Below, one piece after another: positions 55,950-64,000 of a stretch of 64,000 nucleotides of DNA. The notes under the pieces are model-generated. The model had not been told where the DNA came from. It did not search any database and worked only from the letters and a program-made list of their open reading frames with translations. The stretch comes from Schmidtea polychroa (taxonomy: Eukaryota), in contig CM097885.1 in the NCBI GenBank assembly GCA_044892525.1, positions 212,102,001-212,166,000 on the forward strand. The letters are read 5' to 3'. Made by a program: the position numbers and the translations under genes. The first letter of the stretch is position 1, and each line of letters begins with the position of its first letter.

Positions 55950-58900
55950 TTATAAACGCATTCCCCAATCTAATAATTCACTTCCGGTAAACAGTTGGTC
56001 AAGGCAAATCCCTGTTGAATCATCACTGTTATTTTTCAATATATTCCACCATTGTTTTACTAACTGTTTCCTTTGCTTACCTGGAGGGAGACTTAAATAT
56101 GCCATAAAAGCTCTATTGTATCGCTCATCAACATCGATCAAATCCCGGAACTTCCATGTTTTCCAACTGAAATTGAACTCATTCAACAGTTGTACAATGA
56201 GATTGGCATCTTCCAATAATGGATTAGGAGGGTCTATATAGACCAAACTAGGATATTCAATTTGAGGGAAAATGATAATTCCTCTGAAAGAATATTATGA
56301 TGTATTCTGGTAAGAATTTCAAATATTAAAATCAATAATAGTTCCTTGGTAGCAAAAAAAAGCCTTATAAAATCTACCAGAAACTCACCAGTATCCAGCA
56401 ATAAATTCCAGATTTTGATGAAACTGACTCTATTTATAATAAATTTACATTATTAAGTATATCCTTCAGGAATCGACCAATAAAGGCTTGGACAATAAAT
56501 GCGCAGATAAATCTATATCGAATCGTTAATTAAGTATTTACAACTAGATTCTAAAAAAGGTATGGACTAGCTGGAGATATTTCTTTTTTTATATATGCTT
56601 TTATTGTTCGCGCCTTTATTGGGGTAAACCTATCCTTTGAAAGTGATGAAAATAAAATTATTTATTTGACAAAAACTTTTGGTATTACTTCATTCAAATA
56701 TGACCTATAGCTTTATCATAATAAAGAAAACAGAAATATAAAATTGTTGATAAAAACTGAATGAGTTAAGAATTTACAGATGTTAATTTTTCAAAAGACA
56801 TAATAAACTGAAAAGATTTGAAGTCGGCAAATTTTTCAATACGAGTCAAATTGTTCATTTCAAACTCTAGAAAAACTACCCATTTTGGTTATTGGCAGTC
56901 TCGTGGGCCGAGATGTTTTCGAGAAGTGGCTAACAGTAAATATATTCAGTGCTTATTTGAAGAAACTTAATAGTTAATTTAGACGAGAAAAGAGGCAGAC
57001 AAGAAAATTGTGCTACAACCACTCGACGGAGGAATAATAATAAGATATCAGATTGTATCCCTATTAGAAATGATTGATTGCGAGTGGCCTATTTCTGATA
57101 TTGTTAAATAAAGGCAAACAAAAGTTGATGAATTCTTAATTAAAAAATAATTTTTGTATCCTTTATATTTAATTTTTATCTTTTTTCATGACTGAAACAA
57201 TTCTTTTGCTATAATTTTAAACTTCATGACATTTACCATATATAAAGACCCCCAATTTTTATTGAATATGGTATATCAAACTTTTTTTATTTTTTAGTAT
57301 TTGTCTTATAAGTACACCCAAAGAATTGTTTGCAAATAGGGTGTACTTTATTAGGAGGTTTTACTGTATTTATTTATTTATTCTGAATTTTTAACTGTTG
57401 AAAAAACTATAAAAATCTGAATTAAATAAAAACAATAGTGTGAATTGAAGAAAAATGAGATTGATATTATATAAAGATAAGGTTCACAAACAAATGACTA
57501 AACTTTACATAAATCAATACCAGAAAATAAAGTAATATAATGAAGTGTTGTGAAGTATAATGAAACGAGTAACCATGACATATGGTGCACCTTGTACATA
57601 TTGATGGACAGTTAACTGACAGCTGTGTGTGATATTTGCCTGTAATTGATGATATTTCATTTTCTTTATTATATTCAATTCACTTTCAGAGATAAACTAA
57701 TATCTAACCAGGAACAATCTCAAACTAAAACACTATTTATTTCACTCGTAATTTAAGAAAAATTTAATTTAATTTGTGATTTACATATTTATGCAGTTTA
57801 TCCACACATGATGATGAAAATTGGGCAATCATCTCACTGAATATTTTAAGACTATAAAATACAAAATTCCTTGAATTTTTCGTGAAAATTAATTTTTGCT
57901 TACATGCTGTAATACAAATATTAATTGTATTCAAAGTAAAAAATTAACAGAATGTGTCGATTGAAATATACAAAATTCGAATAGTAAAATATTGTTGGGT
58001 TATTGGGTCGTTGGTAAAATTCAAATTTAATAAATTATTTCTGACTCCAAGCGTGCCTTTAGTTGACCCACAGATAACAATTAACACTGGAAACTTTATT
58101 GAATATCACGAATGTTTTCTCAATGATGTAATTGGCTCAACAAGCTAACTACCGATTATAGAGTGCTTATTACAACATTATGGTGAAGAATATCACGTGC
58201 GTAAAATCTTGATTTGACATATCTCTCACAACTGAGTGTAATAATTGGTAATTTTAACTGGTTGTTTTCTGATTTGACTTGGATTTACTCGCTGAACTTT
58301 ACTCTTTTATCAACTGAATAAGCTTCTGCTGTTTATCCCTTTATTTCTGCGTTCTTGTCTCAAATTCTCACTTTAACTTCTCTAAGCTTCTCTCTTTAAT
58401 TTTCTCTGCTTCAATTCCCTTCAGATTCTCTAAATGAATGTCGTCGTATTAACTCAATTATTCTGTCCTTTGTCGCAATATTATGTCTTAAATATTTTGT
58501 CTCAACTCTTCCACAATATTCTGACGTACATGTTCTCTCTTAATCGTTCTGTCGTACTGTTTCTCTTTTAACTATTCTGTCTACTTCTGCTGTGCTTCCA
58601 CCTTTTATACTTCGTCACTTTGTGGCACTTCAGTTTATCTTTAATTTTCCATTTCTTTCCCAACATATTTCCCCGACTTTTCCCTGCAATAGAGTTATCT
58701 TTGACAGCTGTCAAGATATTCTCTAGTTTTTTCCTTTTTATCGCTCCGGCCTGTTTTCTTTTCGTTCCCGTTATCTCTGACAAGCTGTCAAGATAAATAC
58801 ATTATTTTTGTTTCTGTTTTTCCCGATTTTGAATTCCTTTTCCTTTTGTACTAATTAATTAGTAATGACCTTTATTTTAATTCCTTGTTTGCTTTCTTTT

Positions 58901-61900
58901 GTTCGTATTATCTTTCTCATTTCTTGATTCTTTTTACTTCCGTTTTCTTTTCCGAGTTCCAATAGATTGTCATGTCGATTTTCCCTCAAGTAATTTTATT
59001 TATTTATTCGTAAATTTGTTATTTAGGTATCCTTAACAATATATTATATTAACATTTCTACTTGAAAAATCTATTTTAATCAGTAAAATCCTTAATTTTT
59101 TAGTTCACCTTTGATCTGTTTTCTTTTAATATTTCATATATTTTCATGACTAGATAAAAAATTTATTTGTTAATGTAAAAATTTACATAAGGGGATATCC
59201 ATATATTACGTACGCACTGAGTGGAGGGTTCACGACATAATGTGTACGTACGCAACGTATGTCATTCATTAATGATTAATTTAAATAAGTTATTATTCAA
59301 AGACAGATATTAAAGATAAATATGAAATTGATGAGTGAAATAAAATTGAAATAATATGATATGAATTGAGGTAATTTAATACGCACCAACAACCTTACAA
59401 CCATGAAAGTAGGTAACTGATTTCAGAACACTTAAAATAAAAACATAATATATGAATTGATGATAGGCCTAGTGATGGTTGAATTTTTCGCATTCGACTA
59501 TTATTGTTCTGTTCTAATTTTTAAATAGTTTACAAATAAACTAAAAGTTGAATGTTGTTTTGTATTTCTTTAGTGACCAACCATGATATTCAAACTTAGA
59601 CATATGCGAAATAATAAATTTAATGTCTTGTTACTGGCTAAATTAATTTTTCAAACCTTTGGGATGTAGGTTGGTAGAGAATTCATTTGTACACATGCAT
59701 AGGGGAGGAGTTATGAAAATATGACTTTTACATTAGAACTTGTGTACGAAAATAAAGAGCAGTTTCTCTTTATGTGACAAAATTACCATTGTTTTTTAAT
59801 TTGATATTTAATTTGTATCTTTTATAAACAATCCATTTATATTGTTAAGGATACCTAAATAATAAATCTAATAATTTTTAAATCAATAAAATGGTTGGTG
59901 GGAAAATGTATGAAATGTAATATAAGTCATTCCAGAATTCTGAGAAACAAAAAGTAAGAAAATGAAATTAAAAATTAGAGAAATATAACAGACCCAAAAA
60001 AATTAACATACGATAAGGTCGCTCTTAATTAAGAAGGACAAAATGAAGAAGGAAAAACAAAAAAGAAATTAAATTTGAATATCTCAAAATGAAGAAAATG
60101 GATCACCGGGGAAGCTGAGAAATGGTATTTTCTAAAAATGTTATTTCTCCACAGTTTTCAGAGATAATAGAAAAACTGGAGATTAGCGAAGGGAATATTT
60201 GAGAGGAAGAAATCTAAACTTAAGTCAACATCAGTAAGTGTCATTAGATTGCAAACTATAAAAGGTAATTTATTAAAAAGAGAGCTTGAAGACTATAAAT
60301 CAGTAATATATCGATGTTTTTTGATACTCACGAATTTTCGGCACTTCCTTTTTCAAATGAATATAAGGTAAAAAAGGTAAAGAATAAAAAGTAACACACA
60401 TTGGATCAAAATCAGAAGTTGAAAAGAAAAGAAGAAAACAGAATTAAAACGAAACCCAAAGTGAATTACAAAGTTATCGAAGAAAGGATTTAAAAATTAA
60501 AGCTATCGAGTAAATTCAAGTTAAACCTAAGAAAACAACCAGATTGAATCTACCGATTATCAAAACCAGAAACAGTAGTCAAGTGGTTGTGAATTCCAAC
60601 TTCTATTGTAAACGCGCCATTCCTCCTGAAAGGTTGCAATAAGAACGCAAGTTTCTTTTTGTAATATTGAATTATTGGTATCGCTATAAATTGGTAATAA
60701 ATTGTGTTAATCAATAAAAGTTTATATTGTTTAGAGTTCGTTATTGTAGTTAAACAAGGCACGCTTTGGATTCAAATCAATATTTGGTAATATTTAATTT
60801 CACCAACAACCCCAACACTATGCTTCCATCAAAATATCACTTTTTTTCATAAATAATAGTACGAGTAATCATGTGGGTAAAACGATTGGAAAAATTCCAA
60901 TTTCCTTCACAAGTCTTTCAATAAACAAAGTTACCATATATACTCGCATATAAGCCGACCTCCCCCCCCCTAAAATTTGGTTGATTAAAATGTCAAAAAT
61001 AGATGACCCGCGTATAAACCTGCCTATTAAAAATGATATTTTGGGTAATATATAATTTATTTTAAATTATGCAATTAACTAAGAACCATAAAAGAACCAA
61101 AATTACTCGACCTATACGCGATTATTCTTTATCAGGGTTTCATTATAGACAGTTCATCACGTTTTAGTCAATGCATTCGTTTGTGACATAAATACTGGAA
61201 AGACAAGACAAAAGTCGGATTCAATTTCCAAAGCTCATGATTAAAAACCATAAGACTGCAGTAAAGTAACATGGGAATAGCTCTTTCAACAATTATATGA
61301 ATAAAAGTCATTAGCTTTGTTCCTATAGGTAATACAAGCGAAACAAAAAACGGAGTTTGGCAATAATTTGACATTAGTACTAAATTTATAATTTTAATTG
61401 CTATTATAATTATATTTGTAACTTTCACGGGAAATTAGACACTATTAAATCATTTACCCAACCATTAATTAGCTCAATAAATACAATTTTGGCATAATTT
61501 TATCATATAATTGTAATTTTGATAAGTCCAATAAACAATTTACTATTAAATCATTTCTATAATCATTATACATAAATTTCAATATTGTATATAACCGATG
61601 AATAAAATAACATCATAAATTATAATTAATGCAAGTAATCATTATAAAAATTGAAAACAATAATAAACTAATCTACCTGAAAGCAAACCATCCACCATAT
61701 TTATTATGAAAACTGCATCCAAAAATTTGTTGATGCTTTTGCCATGGATCTAAATCTGTTGGTATGTCTAATCTCTGATAATAACGCACTTGGCCAGATA
61801 CGTGACCAGCAGTGCGTACGACAACTTTCGGTTGACGCGTAACATTATTCGACTCATTATCTCGAATAATGATTGTTTCAACCAAAATATTATTATTTTT

Positions 61901-62209
61901 AAAGCAATCTTCCAATATTTTATTATTAATTTGATGCAAAACATTATTCACTGATTCATCAAGTAAATCATCTTTAACATCCAAATCTGAAATTTCTGAT
62001 TTCCTTATAAACTCCAAAAACGTTTTTGGAAACATAGTTGGTGTATTTAGAATATTTATTGCCAGAGTATTGTAAGAATATTTTAAATGAAAATTTTTAC
62101 TCAATTTATCATTATACCACCCAATTAAAAATGGTTTGGTTTCAAATCCTAACGGCTGCAACAATTTCTCATATTTTGAAATTAACTCCAAAATAATGCT
62201 ATCATTCAT
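55950..62209 (-). CDS. MMACHC: MMACHC/CblC cobalamin-processing enzyme (about 288 aa). Exon 1 62209-61677, exon 2 56283-55950, 5.4-kb intron
   Basis: LGFETKPFLIGWYN, NTPTMF, TAGHVSG..YYQR, GGWFAFR|GIIIFPQIE, LLNEFNFSWKTWKFRD, ERY, AYLSLPP match human MMACHC. Intron phase is consistent (AG|A). Confidence 0.92.
57990..59038 (-). mobile_element. Solo LTR A (family TGTT...CCCAACA)
   Basis: 4-bp TSD ATAT. TATAAAAG at 58602-58609 (minus) and AATAAA. Homologous to B and C. Confidence 0.75.
59843..60817 (+). mobile_element. Solo LTR B (same family)
   Basis: Starts TGTTAAGGATACCTAAAT and ends CCCAACA. Flanks ATAT/CTAT. TATAAAAG at 60257. Confidence 0.7.
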
Positions 62210-62789
62210 GTCATATATTGCAAATTATATGACAAATAATTGAAAATTGAATTTACTATATCGATCTTTAAACAAAATATAATTTTAAATTTATGTGAAA
62301 TTACAATTGAAAATTAAATTAATGTTTTAAAACAATTAGAGTTCAATTTATAAATTCACCTTTAAAATATACTTTCTAGTGTAAATAATTCTCTTGGTAG
62401 TTAAAATATAAACAAATATTATTACAAGAACTTTTTTTTTCAACTTTCACCACTGATTTTTTTTCCATTGTATTTATTAAAAAGCTTGACTATGAATCAG
62501 TAAATATATTTATCGCAAATTTTTAATTCGAAATAAAAATTAAATAAATGTATAAACTAAATAGTGCTGTTGACCAAAAACTTAGGGAAAAGTATCTTAT
62601 TTATATACACAAGGATTTCAATAACACGCAGGAACTATAATTTAAAATACTATAATATAATTTAATATAATATTATGCAATTTAATATAGATTTTAATAT
62701 ATAAATTTAACTGTTATTTCAACGAACTTTTCTTTTGAATATCCACATCGCATTCCATCATGCTACTATAAATCGCCTCACGACCAACG

Positions 62790-64000
62790 TATATAGTATG
62801 AGCATGGATGAAATGACAGATCTGGGTAGTTAATTAATCAACTAAAATTGGCTCTTTCAAAGTTATCAAATAACGCTGGACATATAATCTCATTTGATCT
62901 GACAAAATATTAGCACCTGACTTAATTCCAGCTGCTGCACATGAAATATCATCTTTATAAATCTTTTCAGAGACGATTAATTCATTATACTTTGTAAACA
63001 TTCTGTTGAGAATACCTAAATAACAAATAAAATAATAAATAAGTAAATTACATGGGGGAAGATCGTCATGACCAGCGGGACGATCTATGGGAACTTGGAG
63101 AAGAAAACGGAAGTAAAAAGAAATGAAAAATGAGAAAGATAACTCAAATTAAAGAAAACAAACAAGAGATTAAAGCCTAGGTCATTGTTAGTTAAAAAGT
63201 GCAAACGAAGGAGGAATTTTAAATTCCAGAAAAGCAAAAATGTGGGAAAAGCCGTATCTTGACAGCTTGTCAAATATATCGAAGTGGCAGGAAAAGTCGG
63301 TATATCTCGACATCTGTCAGAAATAAGGCTGAAAGAGGAGAAACTCAGAGAAGAAAAAAATGGAAAAACAAAATTATCTCAAGTACCGCAAATGTAGCAA
63401 GCTATAAAAGAGAAGACACAGAAATCAGAAGAGAGAAGTGAAAGGAGAGTAAAAGGGAAAAGTAACAAGAGAGTTAAAAGAGAATTAAAAGGATAATTGA
63501 AAAAGAGTAAAAACGGAGTGACAGAAGAGAACTAGTTGATAATAAATAATTGATTGGGAGAGTGACTAGAATCTTTTGTAAAATTGAAAAAAAGGAGGAA
63601 GTGGAGTGAATAAAGTTGTGGTCAAAACAAATAGAACAATCGGTCATCGTACCCTGTGATTGAGTTGGTTGACGGCTAGTGATTATTATTACTGTTACAG
63701 GAAATTATAGGAGAAGGACTATTATTCACGTAGTGTTGCAATAAGCTCTGTGTAATTAATTGATTTAGAGTTAATTGGTTGAAATTGCAACTTGCACGAT
63801 CTGTTGTAAATATTAATAAAGGTTTATCTTATTCGGGATTGTTAATTTGTGAATTAATAAGACACGCTTTGGGGTCAGAGTAAAAATTTTGAATTTACAA
63901 ATATTATCACCAACACAATAACCCAACAATTCTGAAAACAGTACCAGCATGACCCACAGGTTCCATTGTATATTCAGCTTGACATAAACTACCATCCTGT
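62790..64000 (-). pseudogene. PSMA4: Proteasome alpha-3 (PSMA4)-like intronless pseudogene fragment split by solo LTR C
   Basis: DGSLCQAEYTMEPVGHAGT, then SEKIYKDDISCAAAGIKSGANILSDQMRLYVQRYL..EPILVD*L..IC. Has a deletion and a premature stop. Confidence 0.75.
63004..63928 (+). mobile_element. Solo LTR C (same family), inserted in a PSMA4-like pseudogene
   Basis: TGTTGAGAATACCTAAAT...CCCAACA. Perfect 4-bp TSD ATTC. TATAAAAG at 63403. Confidence 0.8.

Noticed and set aside
56220-56246. VYIDPPN resembling the DPPY motif of adenine methyltransferases
   Set aside because: It is part of MMACHC exon 2, which aligns in frame and phase with exon 1.
56880-57370. Possible pogo-like transposase scrap and partial MITE end; also Harbinger-like TIR near 59190 and GGGGCAATTT inverted repeats at about 39470-39955
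   Set aside because: Too short or degenerate to define boundaries or TSDs.
61168-61560. Nearby ORFs as candidate MMACHC exon 2
   Set aside because: No similarity to the MMACHC C-terminus; the true exon is 56283-55950.

Overview
AT-rich animal (eukaryotic) DNA with two assembly gaps. The 43-46 nt introns and giant LTR elements would fit a triclad flatworm; this is inference only. Positions 1-27950 are one very young giant Ty3/gypsy-type LTR retroelement, about 29.5 kb if the 3' LTR starts at 24137. Its LTRs are about 3.8 kb and nearly identical, and each carries its own 247-aa gene. Internally it has a tRNA-Pro PBS, an IAP-type RING gene, a gag with three CCHC knuckles and a single 3912-aa polyprotein. 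The polyprotein order is 3 ubiquitin-like domains, a Bcl-2-like domain, a signal peptide plus chuvirus/gB-type class III glycoprotein, PR, RT, RNase H, IN, a duplicated ankyrin module and a C-terminal membrane protein. Five accessory genes follow, including a TRAF. Each accessory ATG sits just behind a 3' splice-site-like AG, and the spacers between them are rich in UGUANAUA (Pumilio-type) motifs. This resembles a complex, enveloped, retrovirus-like element with an apoptosis/NF-kB modulation toolkit. The rest of the window holds host genes WDHD1/AND-1 (8 exons) and MMACHC (2 exons), a probable solo LTR of a sister giant family, and a near-intact 5.9-kb gypsy element nested in a hAT relic. It also holds a Polinton pPolB relic, three solo LTRs of a third family, piggyBac, Tc1, hAT and non-LTR relics, MITEs and a PSMA4-like pseudogene. 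All domain calls are by-eye motif recognition; no database search was run.
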